Source: an uncultured Pseudomonadota bacterium (GTDB lineage: Bacteria; Babelota; Babeliae; Babelales; CAIQNR01). Taken from it: a stretch of DNA of 64,000 nt. The position numbers were made by a program, and so were the translations under genes. The stretch lies in contig CAZRXF010000012.1 of the NCBI GenBank assembly GCA_964604015.1, positions 67,068-131,067 of the forward strand, in the 5' to 3' direction. Position 1 is the stretch's first letter. Each line of letters opens with the position of its first letter. This document shows positions 43,358 through 51,345 of this stretch, piece after piece. Under the pieces are notes generated by a model. That model made no database searches and was not told the origin of the DNA. It worked only from the letters and a program-made list of their open reading frames with translations.

Positions 43358-44689
43358 TTATCGCGTAGTAAAAAGCTGTTTGCGTAGCGTTGGCAGTAGG
43401 TACAGAATGGCTGAAAGGTTGATCAATAAGAGGCAAGCAACAGCAAGGTCAACCATGGTCCATACTAATCCCACCTGCATCAAAGCGCCAAGGCATGCAA
43501 CTCCTGCAAAAACAAGTGTGAACAAGTTTTCAAACTTTCCACCAGTTAGATAGAGCCAGCATTGACGGCTGATATAGCAGTACGGAACAAATACACCCAA
43601 ACCGAAGAACATCGAAAGTACGGTCACGATATATTTTCCCGCAATACCAAAGAGTGATTCATAGGACTGAGCAACAAGTACTGCTCCGTCAGCTCCAATA
43701 GCATTCCATGTTCCTGAAACGACAAGAAGCAATGAAACAAGCATGGCAACCACGTTAATACTCATGAAGGTGCTTAACATACCGGTAATTGCGTCGTTAC
43801 GTGGGTTGCTGCTGCCGGTATTACCGTAGAAAATGGCGGCAGTACCAAGGCCTGCTTCACACGCGTTAACTGTGCGTGAAATTGACATGCTGATGATACG
43901 TTGAACACTGATACCAAGGCCAGCGCCAAACACTGCTTGAGGGTTGAATGCAGATGAAACAATCAGTTTTAAGGCAGGGATAATTTCAGCTGAGTAGTAA
44001 CCCAATAAGATAAGAATGGTCACAAAAAAGAGACCGACCTTGAACGGGATAATTGCTTCAGAAACTTTGTTAATGCGTCGCGCGCCGCCGAACATAACGT
44101 AGAGCACAAAGGCGGTTAGAACGGCTGCAATCGTCCATGCCGGTATGCCAGTGGTGTGTTGAACCACATTGCTGATGGTGTTGCATTGCATTGCGTTACC
44201 ACTGATCAGCCCATAGAAAAGGCAGGCTGCCGCATACACGTAGGCGAGTATTTTTCCAAAAGGAAGTTTGTCGATATACAGGAATGGGCCGCCAAGAACA
44301 TTGGTTGTCTTACTACGAGCAAGGGTTGAGAAAGAAACGCTCAAGAAAACTTCTGCAAAACGAAGCGCCATTTCTAAAAGACCTGCACAGAACATCCAGA
44401 ATGCTGCACCAGGACCACCAGCATGGATGGCAGTTGCTACACCAGCCAAACAGCCGTTACCAATACCAACGTTCAAAGCGTTTAAAAAAGCTTGAAAGGG
44501 AGTCATATCACCCTTGGCTCCTGATGTGTCTCCTTTTCCAAAAGCAAGTTTCCAACTCGTGATGAAATACCGGAACTGGGCGCCATGCAGAGCTATTGTT
44601 GTGATGAGAGCAACGCCTGCAATAAAGCCTAAATAGAGGGGAGAAAAACAAATCTGTTCACGCAGCAGAGTAACAAATTCTGTCACCAT
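43358..44689 (-). CDS. sodium:alanine (AGCS) family symporter
   Basis: TPFQAFLNALNVGIGNGCLAGVATAIHAGGPGAAFWMF matches the AGCS signature (..GtGNiaGVatAi..GGPGAvFWMw). About 10 TM segments. Start set to Met11 after AAAGGAA. Confidence 0.85.
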   Translation of the reverse strand: MVTEFVTLLREQICFSPLYLGFIAGVALITTIALHGAQFRYFITSWKLAFGKGDTSGAKGDMTPFQAFLNALNVGIGNGCLAGVATAIHAGGPGAAFWMFCAGLLEMALRFAEVFLSVSFSTLARSKTTNVLGGPFLYIDKLPFGKILAYVYAAACLFYGLISGNAMQCNTISNVVQHTTGIPAWTIAAVLTAFVLYVMFGGARRINKVSEAIIPFKVGLFFVTILILLGYYSAEIIPALKLIVSSAFNPQAVFGAGLGISVQRIISMSISRTVNACEAGLGTAAIFYGNTGSSNPRNDAITGMLSTFMSINVVAMLVSLLLVVSGTWNAIGADGAVLVAQSYESLFGIAGKYIVTVLSMFFGLGVFVPYCYISRQCWLYLTGGKFENLFTLVFAGVACLGALMQVGLVWTMVDLAVACLLLINLSAILYLLPTLRKQLFTTR

Positions 44690-44794
44690 ACGGGTTCCTT
44701 TTGGGTAAAAATGGGGCATCTTTTCCGCTTTACTAAGTCATCAAAAAACGCCTATACTGTATTTTTTATACACCAATTATACGAATATGTCTTT

Positions 44795-45205
44795 ATGAAG
44801 CTACTTGCCCTTGATCTTGGGGATCGCTGGATTGGAACGGCCCTTTCTGATAGCTCACAGCTTCTGGCCCGACCGTACAAGACCGTTGAAAAATCTGAGC
44901 TTGTCCCCTTTCTTACTGCGCTCTTTATTCAGGAGCAGATAGCCGAAGTTGTTGTCGGCAACCCAAAAACGTTGCGAGGGACTGACAGTCAGCAGACCGA
45001 AAAGATTGCTCTTGAAAAAAAGAGGCTTGAGGAACTGTTCCCCGACAAGGCCTGGATTTTGTGGGATGAGCGTCTGACGAGTAAGCACGCTCAAAATATG
45101 CGCATTACTAAAGAGAAACAGGAGGTGCATTCGGTTGCTGCGGCACTTATTCTTGACTCATACCTCACCTACAAGCTATTTCAGAAAGGTTTACACGACG
45201 ATTAG
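44795..45205 (+). CDS. ruvX: Holliday-junction resolvase-like / pre-16S rRNA nuclease YqgF (RuvX)
   Basis: MKLLALDLGDRWIGTALSD (RNase H-like fold N-terminus), VVVGNPKTLRG, DERLTS. ORF trimmed to Met29. Confidence 0.8.
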   Translation: MKLLALDLGDRWIGTALSDSSQLLARPYKTVEKSELVPFLTALFIQEQIAEVVVGNPKTLRGTDSQQTEKIALEKKRLEELFPDKAWILWDERLTSKHAQNMRITKEKQEVHSVAAALILDSYLTYKLFQKGLHDD

Positions 45206-45271
45206 AAACTCTGCCCAAATCTGCTAAGCTACTTACCATCCTGGGAGAGTAAAAAAGGAGAAGGAGAGCGT

Positions 45272-45451
45272 ATGAAATGCAAAAAATGCTCGGGGCTCAT
45301 GGTCTTGCAGTCGTTTTTTGATCATTTTCTGAATTTTGATGGCTGGAAATGTTTAAACTGCGGAAAAGTCATACCTAAGAAAGAAAAGACGCTCGAATTC
45401 GATGCTTTCGGGGTGTTTTATCAACAACAAAAATGCAAAAACAAAAAATAG
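45272..45451 (+). CDS. 59-aa zinc-ribbon protein (below the ORF-track cutoff)
   Basis: My own translation: MKCKKCSGLMVLQSFFDHFLNFDGWKCLNCGKVIPKKEKTLEFDAFGVFYQQQKCKNKK. CxxC-x20-CxxC pattern. AAGGAGA lies 4-5 nt upstream. Its 3' end overlaps the tsaB start by 19 nt. Confidence 0.5.
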   Translation: MKCKKCSGLMVLQSFFDHFLNFDGWKCLNCGKVIPKKEKTLEFDAFGVFYQQQKCKNKK

Positions 45452-46125
45452 ATCCTCTTTTTCTTGTCCTTCACAGTGATTACGATTCGGTGTTCTGTGG
45501 GTTGTACAATGGTTCTCACTGTCAGGGGTTTGTTCAAGAACCAAAGCTGACTGCCAGCAAAAATCTGATGGTCAGATGTAATGAGCTTCTTGCAAAGTAC
45601 GGCGCTTCGTGGACCGATCTTTCATTCATTGGGGTCAATCAGGGCCCTAGTCCGTTTACGACGCTACGTGTGGTAATTACAACGGTGAACGGCCTCTTGT
45701 TTTCACACAACATCCCGCTGGTCGGGGTTGATGGATTACAGACATTTGTAAATGCAGTTTCTGAACCAACTTCCGGTCCTGTAGTGGCACTGTTAAATGC
45801 CTTTAACAAGGATGTCTACTTTGCCATCAAACAACAGGATGGATCGATCGAAGTTGGCTGGGGATTTTATGCTACCTTTCTTGACGCTCTTGCAAAAAAG
45901 TTTTCTGGAAAGCAGGTAACCTTTGTGGGAAATGCAGTGAGTCTCTACCGCGATACCATTGGGAATTTTTTTCCCGGTGCGCATATTCCTGAGCCGCTCC
46001 CAGCAACTGTTTCGTTACACGAGATTGCTCGGCAAGCGTTTGTGCAATGGAATAAAGGGCACATGACGCGTGAGCCGTTACTTCCTTTGTATCTTAAAAC
46101 ATTAGAATATAAGCCATCAACGTAG
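45433..46125 (+). CDS. tsaB: tRNA threonylcarbamoyladenosine biosynthesis protein TsaB-like (YeaZ family)
   Basis: LSFIGVNQGPSPFTTLRVVITTVNGLLFSHNIPLVGVDGL resembles the divergent GPGSFTGLRIG...P..gvs.L core. 230 aa. Context with ruvX/rsmE. Confidence 0.65.
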   Translation: MQKQKIDPLFLVLHSDYDSVFCGLYNGSHCQGFVQEPKLTASKNLMVRCNELLAKYGASWTDLSFIGVNQGPSPFTTLRVVITTVNGLLFSHNIPLVGVDGLQTFVNAVSEPTSGPVVALLNAFNKDVYFAIKQQDGSIEVGWGFYATFLDALAKKFSGKQVTFVGNAVSLYRDTIGNFFPGAHIPEPLPATVSLHEIARQAFVQWNKGHMTREPLLPLYLKTLEYKPST

Positions 46126-46126
46126 A

Positions 46127-46888
46127 CTAAAGACCTGCTCGAACAAGTCCCATCAGAATAACTGCTGCTTGTTGTGCGCGTAAAATAGTGGGGCCTAGGG
46201 CGCAGAAGGTGAATCCGGCTGTTTGGAGGAGCGTTTTCTCGTTGTCGGTAAGGTCTCCCTCAGGTCCAACACAGATAAAAAATTCAGAACCGTGCTTTTC
46301 TTGTATACATGTTTGCCACGATTTTCCCGTTGGATCGGCATACCATTTTTGTGCTTGCATGAATGTCTGATTTGTTTGCTGTGTTTCAAGAAATGCAGTC
46401 AACGTTGGAATGGTTCGCTGAGAGTTGAATGAACAAGGAGAAAAATTTTTTGATTGTTCAGCGGCGGCGATACTTACCCGTTCTAGTCGATCCCACTCAG
46501 AAGCAGATAAGGTGTGGCGCGAACTTTTTTCAGTTGCTACCAAGACAACCGAGGTGACCCCTAACTCTCGACAGGCATAGATAACCTCATCAAGGGCTTC
46601 GCGTTTTAGAAGAGGCAAGATAACGGTCAGTTTGGGAAGAACAGGGATATTGTGTGTGGCATTTATCACCTTTAAGACAATCTGTTTTTTTGCGTACTCC
46701 ATTACAGAGCACGTGGCATGTATTACCTCATCAAAAAGGATAACCTGTCCTTGTAGCGGTACACGCAGTACATGAGAAAGACGGTGCATGAGTGTGGTAT
46801 CGGTAAGCGTAATGCTGTGTGGGTTGTTCTTGAGTAGTTCTGAAAGCTGGGGCGCAAAAAGAGCGAATTCATGTCCTTTGTTGTTCAT
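46127..46888 (-). CDS. rsmE: 16S rRNA (uracil1498-N3)-methyltransferase RsmE
   Basis: C-terminal SPOUT knot motifs FICVGPEGDLTDNE and LGPTILRAQQAAVILMG. PUA-like N-domain. 253 aa. Confidence 0.8.
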   Translation of the reverse strand: MNNKGHEFALFAPQLSELLKNNPHSITLTDTTLMHRLSHVLRVPLQGQVILFDEVIHATCSVMEYAKKQIVLKVINATHNIPVLPKLTVILPLLKREALDEVIYACRELGVTSVVLVATEKSSRHTLSASEWDRLERVSIAAAEQSKNFSPCSFNSQRTIPTLTAFLETQQTNQTFMQAQKWYADPTGKSWQTCIQEKHGSEFFICVGPEGDLTDNEKTLLQTAGFTFCALGPTILRAQQAAVILMGLVRAGL

Positions 46889-47544
46889 GCATCTTCCATC
46901 CTTGTGTTTCTTCTGACGCGGCGTGTCATTTGACCATCGGGATCACGTTCTAGAGTAACAACAACGCTCATGCGAGGAATTCTTGCGCTTTCATCTTCAT
47001 GTGCGTCGTTTTCTAAGAGATCAGAATAAAGACGGCGTCTTGATGTAGATGACCTATTCTCCATGTCTGACTCTAGGGTTTCTTCGGGGTATCCTAAAAT
47101 AGCTCGTATGCCTTCAAGATGCTTTTCTTGGAATAGAATGCTTGTCCAGTCTATACGCAGAGCGAGAGGTCTTATTTTTTTCTGTAAGGCTGGTATTTTT
47201 ATCTCAAGAGCTGTAATTCTTTTGCGCAGGCGGGCGCATTCTTTTTCGGTGGTTCGGCAAGCTAGTTCTTCGTCCTCATTTTCCGGAACAGCGCCTTCAA
47301 GTAGATGATCTTGTGTTTGAAGGTCTTGTTGGCAGGCAGCAAGTTCCTCTTCATACTTGTTGATTAATGCTTGTACGGTGCCGAGTTTTTTTAGTGGTTT
47401 GCGTAATTCTTTCAGAATGCTTTCTTCCTCCCACATTGCTTCTTCAAGCAGCCCTTCTTCGCGCTTCTGGAGTGTATAGAGAGATTCGCTTGAGTGTAAA
47501 GATGGAATAATAAAAAACATCCCCAATAAAAATGCATTTTTCAT
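46885..47544 (-). CDS. hypothetical secreted coiled-coil protein
   Basis: Start set to Met17 (MKNAFLLGMFFIIPSLHS), which overlaps the upstream stop (ATGA). Heptad-like Glu/Leu/Lys-rich middle part. Confidence 0.55.
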   Translation of the reverse strand: MKNAFLLGMFFIIPSLHSSESLYTLQKREEGLLEEAMWEEESILKELRKPLKKLGTVQALINKYEEELAACQQDLQTQDHLLEGAVPENEDEELACRTTEKECARLRKRITALEIKIPALQKKIRPLALRIDWTSILFQEKHLEGIRAILGYPEETLESDMENRSSTSRRRLYSDLLENDAHEDESARIPRMSVVVTLERDPDGQMTRRVRRNTRMEDA

Positions 47545-47867
47545 TTTTTGTGTTTCAAGTGTGCTAGGTATCCAAAAAAGGCGTAATACCATCGTTGTAA
47601 TTTTTCTTCATACACGTAAGAACAAAAAAGCTTCAGATAGAAGGGAATGTCTTTGATTGAGATTTCCGGTTTTCGTTCTCGATAATCTGTTGGGATATCT
47701 GTAATCTCAGGTTCTTCAAAGTTATCTTTTCCTTCAAAAAGAGTTTCATCGGAAAAATCATCGGTTGTGCTAAAAACAGACCGCTCTTTTTCTTCCTCCG
47801 CCTCTATAAAAAAAGAGGAACTACATACGATCAACGAAACACTCATGATGATATTACGTGTCTTCAT
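47541..47867 (-). CDS. hypothetical secreted acidic protein
   Basis: Signal MKTRNIIMSVSLIVCSSSFFIEA followed by acidic EEEKE...DDFSDE. Translationally coupled to the next gene. Confidence 0.5.
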   Translation of the reverse strand: MKTRNIIMSVSLIVCSSSFFIEAEEEKERSVFSTTDDFSDETLFEGKDNFEEPEITDIPTDYRERKPEISIKDIPFYLKLFCSYVYEEKLQRWYYAFFGYLAHLKHKK

Positions 47868-47993
47868 GGTACCATCTCCTTACCTAATGATGTGAAGGAG
47901 TATAGCATTCAAGGTGTGTATCGTCACTCCTTGAAAAAACCTACTCTTCTTATTTTGATCTTTTTTTCTTTTCTCGTGGGAACACGACATCGG

Positions 47994-48046
47994 TTCCCCC
48001 TTACGCCGGGGGAAGGCGCCAAAGTAATGCTTGCCCATTACTTTGG
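47994..48046. repeat. two adjacent stable hairpins of the intergenic repeat family
   Basis: ttccccc-ttacgcc-gggggaa (47994..48014), whose loop is the reverse complement of gcgtaa. ccaaagtaatg-cttgcc-cattactttgg (48019..48046), an 11-bp perfect stem. Confidence 0.75.
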
Positions 48047-48184
48047 AAACAGGGCACAAGCATGCTGCTTGACTGCTCATGACGGCAACGACGTTTCGCC
48101 GCATCCTTCGGGGGACGGCTCACGGCTCTGCCTGATGAAGAAGTTACTACTTAATTTATGACTGAAGTTGCTTTCGCTAGTAGT

Positions 48185-48268
48185 CATATGCTTTTCATAA
48201 CGTCGTCACCAGTCAGAGACCCTGCGTAGCCTTGGCGAAGAAGGGCGAAGCGTTGATGATCCAGTAAG
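48185..48268 (+). repeat. third copy of the cataacgtc...gatccagt hairpin module, with a ~32-nt internal insertion
   Basis: cataacgtcgtcaccag[tcagagaccctgcgtagccttggcgaagaagg]gcgaagcgttgatgatccagtaag compares with 24491..24527. Confidence 0.7.
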
Positions 48269-48289
48269 ATGAAAGAGATTCTTCATTAG

Positions 48290-48435
48290 GCGGAACTGAG
48301 TTGTCGATCGATAGAGCGCAACGAGGATTGGAGCCGACATGGGGTCCAGAGGAACGGCTGGTGCCTGGTTTCAAAAGGTGGGGGCAAGCTCACCTTTTGC
48401 GCTTGCCCTGCGTAAGGGCATACCTACGTCTTGAA
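48290..48435 (+). repeat. 145-nt hairpin-rich intergenic element, copy 2
   Basis: About 90% identical to the reverse complement of 24276..24420. Contains hairpins aaaaggtg-ggggcaagc-tcacctttt and gccct-gcgta-agggc. Confidence 0.85.
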
Positions 48436-48520
48436 CGAAAGGCATACTTTGTGGGCCTTCACAAAAAAAGGATTCTTTGGTGCCCCACGCGTAGTGGGGT
48501 ACATACTTCTTGTGCGTAAG
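48436..48520 (+). repeat. hairpin modules shared with 37093..37185
   Basis: gaaaggcatactttgtgggccttcacaaaaaaagg..tttggtgc, then ccccac-gcgta-gtggggtacatacttcttg. The same modules occur in a different order at 37.1 kb. Confidence 0.8.
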
Positions 48521-48637
48521 AAAAAAGGGAATAATGGAAGAAGGGGGATGTGTGCAAGGGGTAGCGCTCATCCCCTTGCATGTTATACTCGTTATTGAAC
48601 GTTTCAAAATGACCAGTTTTTTAGACAAAAGGGCATC

Positions 48638-49897
48638 ATGATACCACGAATAAGAGGGACGCGGGACATTATCGATACACGCCTTATGCTGTGCGCACGT
48701 GAGCTGATAACCAAGCAATTGCAGCGCTACCATTTTAAGGAAATTGTTACTCCTGTTCTTGAATCGGTTGCTCTTTTTAAGCGGTCACTTGGCCAGGAAA
48801 CTGATGTTGTCTCCAAAGAAATGTTCGTAGTGAACTCATCATCGGCAGAAAAGGGTGAGGATGAAATTTGTTTGCGTCCAGAGGCAACAGCGTCTGTAGT
48901 GCGTGCTTTTGTAGAAGAGGGTATTCAAACAGTTCCTTGGAAAGTGTTTTTGTTTGGTCCTATGTTTCGGTACGAGCGTCCTCAGAAAGGCCGTTACCGA
49001 GAGTTCTATCAATGCAGTATGGAAATGGTTGGCGTTCAGTCGCTTGCGTACGATGTGCAACTGATTGCCATGCTTGACCGTTTGTTTCGCCATTCATGCA
49101 AATTGGAAGCGTATGCGCTCCACCTCAATTTTTTAGGATGCCCAGAAGACCGTGTAAGGTTTAAAGAGGAATTGGGTGTGTTTTTAACTGCCCATGCAGC
49201 ATCGCTTTGCCAAACCTGTCTTAAACGTAAAGATACTAATATATTGCGTGTTCTGGATTGTAAAAATGAGACATGCCAGCAGCTGTATCGTACTACTTCT
49301 CGTCTTACTGACTGCCTATGTGAGCAATGTGCAACTGAATGGCAGCAGGTGCGTGAACAACTGGAAGAACTATCAGTTCCATTTATGCATGTTCCTAATC
49401 TTGTTCGTGGACTTGATTATTACAATAAAACTGTTTTTGAATTTGTTAGTCCGTTGCTTGGGGCACAAAGTGCTTTCTGTGGAGGAGGGCGTTATGACCA
49501 GTTAGTAGCACAGATAGGAGGGAGAGAAGATCAACCTTCTGTTGGAGCAGCTATTGGCCTTGATCGTCTTGTTTTGCTTCTTGAAACAGTACAAGATCAA
49601 CTTGCTTGTTCATATGAACCCAAACTTTTTACGATTATCCCTTTGTCATCGCAACAACATTCTCTTGCGCTGCTTCTTGCTGATGTTTTGATACGTGAAG
49701 GTATTTGTGTGGATATTCTGTTTGACGGATCGGTGAAAAGTATGATGCGCAAAGCTGATAAATCGGGCTCAAAAGCAGTGCTTTTCCTTGGTGAAGATGA
49801 ACAACAAGTAGGAACGGTAAAAGTAAAACTGATGCAATCGGGCCATGAAGAAGTAGTGAAGCAAACAAGTTTAGCGCAGTACATAAAGGCTTTGTGA
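48638..49897 (+). CDS. hisS: histidine--tRNA ligase
   Basis: RGTRD; class II motif 2 FRYERPQKGRYREFYQ; motif 3 GGGRYD; anticodon-binding C-terminal domain. Confidence 0.93.
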   Translation: MIPRIRGTRDIIDTRLMLCARELITKQLQRYHFKEIVTPVLESVALFKRSLGQETDVVSKEMFVVNSSSAEKGEDEICLRPEATASVVRAFVEEGIQTVPWKVFLFGPMFRYERPQKGRYREFYQCSMEMVGVQSLAYDVQLIAMLDRLFRHSCKLEAYALHLNFLGCPEDRVRFKEELGVFLTAHAASLCQTCLKRKDTNILRVLDCKNETCQQLYRTTSRLTDCLCEQCATEWQQVREQLEELSVPFMHVPNLVRGLDYYNKTVFEFVSPLLGAQSAFCGGGRYDQLVAQIGGREDQPSVGAAIGLDRLVLLLETVQDQLACSYEPKLFTIIPLSSQQHSLALLLADVLIREGICVDILFDGSVKSMMRKADKSGSKAVLFLGEDEQQVGTVKVKLMQSGHEEVVKQTSLAQYIKAL

Positions 49898-49903
49898 CAA
49901 GTG

Positions 49904-50380
49904 CTATTCGTCATTGTTCGTATTTGAGCAGAATAGTTGTATCATTCTGGTGGCTCGCATACTAAGAGCAACTGATGAAGAAATGCCTGCAATTGCAAGA
50001 AATCCCATAACAAGAGCCGCGGGCGGCTGAATGTCGGTACATGCAGCTCCAGGATCGTTGGAACGGCAGGTGCTGTATGCGTGCAGGTTTATTACGTAGG
50101 TAGTAATGGTACCGCCCCATGCGAATAAGGAAAAAGTAGAAATTTGTCGTTCCATTGAGCCGCGTGGGCCGCAGCATAATGTTAACAGTTGACTGGAGTG
50201 TGAGTTCTCTACGCAGCAGTTTAATGGGGCCCCTTCTTCAAGCAGCAGGGCATCATCAGCTTGGACTCTGTTGTTACCAGGAAGAAGAGCGTCTGTTGGT
50301 AGTGCAGGATGTATGTCTGGTGTAACAAAAAAACCTAAGATATTTATAAGAATAATGCTGGGGAAATTGTTTTTTTTCAT
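49904..50380 (-). CDS. small membrane protein, member 4 of a tandem TM-hairpin family
   Basis: Signal-like N-terminus. Two hydrophobic segments (ISTFSLFAWGGTITTYVINL, AALVMGFLAIAGISSSVALSM) separated by the loop HAYSTCRSNDPGAACTDIQPP. Confidence 0.55.
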   Translation of the reverse strand: MKKNNFPSIILINILGFFVTPDIHPALPTDALLPGNNRVQADDALLLEEGAPLNCCVENSHSSQLLTLCCGPRGSMERQISTFSLFAWGGTITTYVINLHAYSTCRSNDPGAACTDIQPPAALVMGFLAIAGISSSVALSMRATRMIQLFCSNTNNDE

Positions 50381-50429
50381 AGATGAATTGTTCTTCCTGG
50401 TCGTGTAGATGGCAATAACTTTTTTATGA

Positions 50430-50852
50430 TTATGTAGTTTTTTTATTTGCTCTCTTTTCTTTTTCGGCCTTTATCATTTCTCGTAATTCATCGGTTCTAT
50501 CACATCTTGCTGCAAGACCTGTTACGATAAGCCCCCCTCCTGCAATCATTAGATAAGAGAAAGGATTCCATATGCCTGTTTCTTCTCTTGAGCAATTAAG
50601 AGAGTTGTGTGTGGTGGTGTGGGTAGTGCATAAAGATTTTCCAGAATTAGAGACCATATACCCTACTGCTCCGGTAAGAAAAAGGATGCATCCTGGGATG
50701 AGGGCTTGTTTCTCGTGTTCTGAAGGAGCATATTTTTCCACTTCATGTTCAAACTCCTCAAGACTCATGTCTTTGGGTAAGGCAGAGCAGAAAGAAGAGT
50801 TACTAGTGCCACATAAAAATAATAAGAGAGAGGTTTTTGATATAAAGTTCAT
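50430..50852 (-). CDS. small membrane protein, member 3 of a tandem TM-hairpin family
   Basis: Start at Met5. TM1 ALIPGCILFLTGAVGYMVS, loop ..SLCTTHTTTHNSLNCS.. (C-x11-C), TM2 YLMIAGGGLIVTGLAA, basic tail. Confidence 0.55.
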   Translation of the reverse strand: MNFISKTSLLLFLCGTSNSSFCSALPKDMSLEEFEHEVEKYAPSEHEKQALIPGCILFLTGAVGYMVSNSGKSLCTTHTTTHNSLNCSREETGIWNPFSYLMIAGGGLIVTGLAARCDRTDELREMIKAEKEKRANKKTT

Positions 50853-50942
50853 AAACAATTCCAATTTTTAAGATTAAAAATAAATAACGATGGTTAGTAG
50901 AGTAAAAAACTAATGCCAGCGATGATCAGAGGTAGCGTTTCC

Positions 50943-51344
50943 TCATAGGTCCTTTACTAGTGCTAATTTTTTATCTGCCTTGCTAGGGCATAAATCGAGG
51001 GCTCCATTTGTTGCAAGCGTGGCACCAGTTACTATGAAGCCTATTTCCAGGGGGGCATCGTAGAGACTTGCGCTGTTTCGAAGTTGATGACAACGGTCAA
51101 GAGCTGAGGGATTTGAAAGGGGAGCGCACGTTGAATAGTCGTCGGGAACTAATCTAATTAAAATAGAAAGGCAGCCTAGGCAGGTGAGGTTCATACCCCA
51201 TAGTATTTTCTTTACGGCTGTTTGAATACGAGATTGCTCGCGAGTCACTTCTTGTTCCTCGTCCTGTGGTAGTGAGCTTGCTCCCAGAGGGGTGACCAAG
51301 AGCAAAAAATAAAGAGAGGCGGTCTTTTTTATTGGGAAAGACAT
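50943..51344 (-). CDS. small membrane protein, member 2 of a tandem TM-hairpin family
   Basis: TM1 ILWGMNLTCLGCLSILIRLV, loop ..STCAPLSNPSALDRCH.. (C-x11-C), TM2 LEIGFIVTGATLATNGAL. Starts 1 nt after the upstream stop. Confidence 0.55.
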   Translation of the reverse strand: MSFPIKKTASLYFLLLVTPLGASSLPQDEEQEVTREQSRIQTAVKKILWGMNLTCLGCLSILIRLVPDDYSTCAPLSNPSALDRCHQLRNSASLYDAPLEIGFIVTGATLATNGALDLCPSKADKKLALVKDL

Positions 51345-51345
51345 G

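Noticed and set aside
48436-48637. T-box leader upstream of hisS (ggtgccccacgcg faintly resembles the GGTGGTACCGCG T-box core)
   Set aside because: The same module occurs at 37.1 kb in an unrelated context, so it belongs to the repeat family. I could find no specifier-loop or antiterminator architecture.
47868-48637. Known housekeeping structured RNAs (RNase P RNA, tmRNA, SRP/4.5S RNA, 6S) in the 770-bp non-coding region
   Set aside because: I found no GAGGAAAGTCC/ACAGAA RNase P motifs, no tRNA-like ends or tag-ORF ending in (L/V)AA, and no GGAA-tetraloop SRP domain IV pairing (gtccagaggaacggc does not fold like it). The presence of a second, inverted copy also argues for a repeat. This is not excluded without cmscan.
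47880-48733. ORFs 47880..48104(-), 47892..48161(+), 48301..48519(+), 48371..48733(-) in the region upstream of hisS (likewise 36992..37189 and 37290..37520)
   Set aside because: They lie entirely in the hairpin-repeat DNA. Differences between the repeat copies are not codon-periodic. The products are Arg/Cys/Pro-rich with no RBS, and the same sequence occurs in both orientations.
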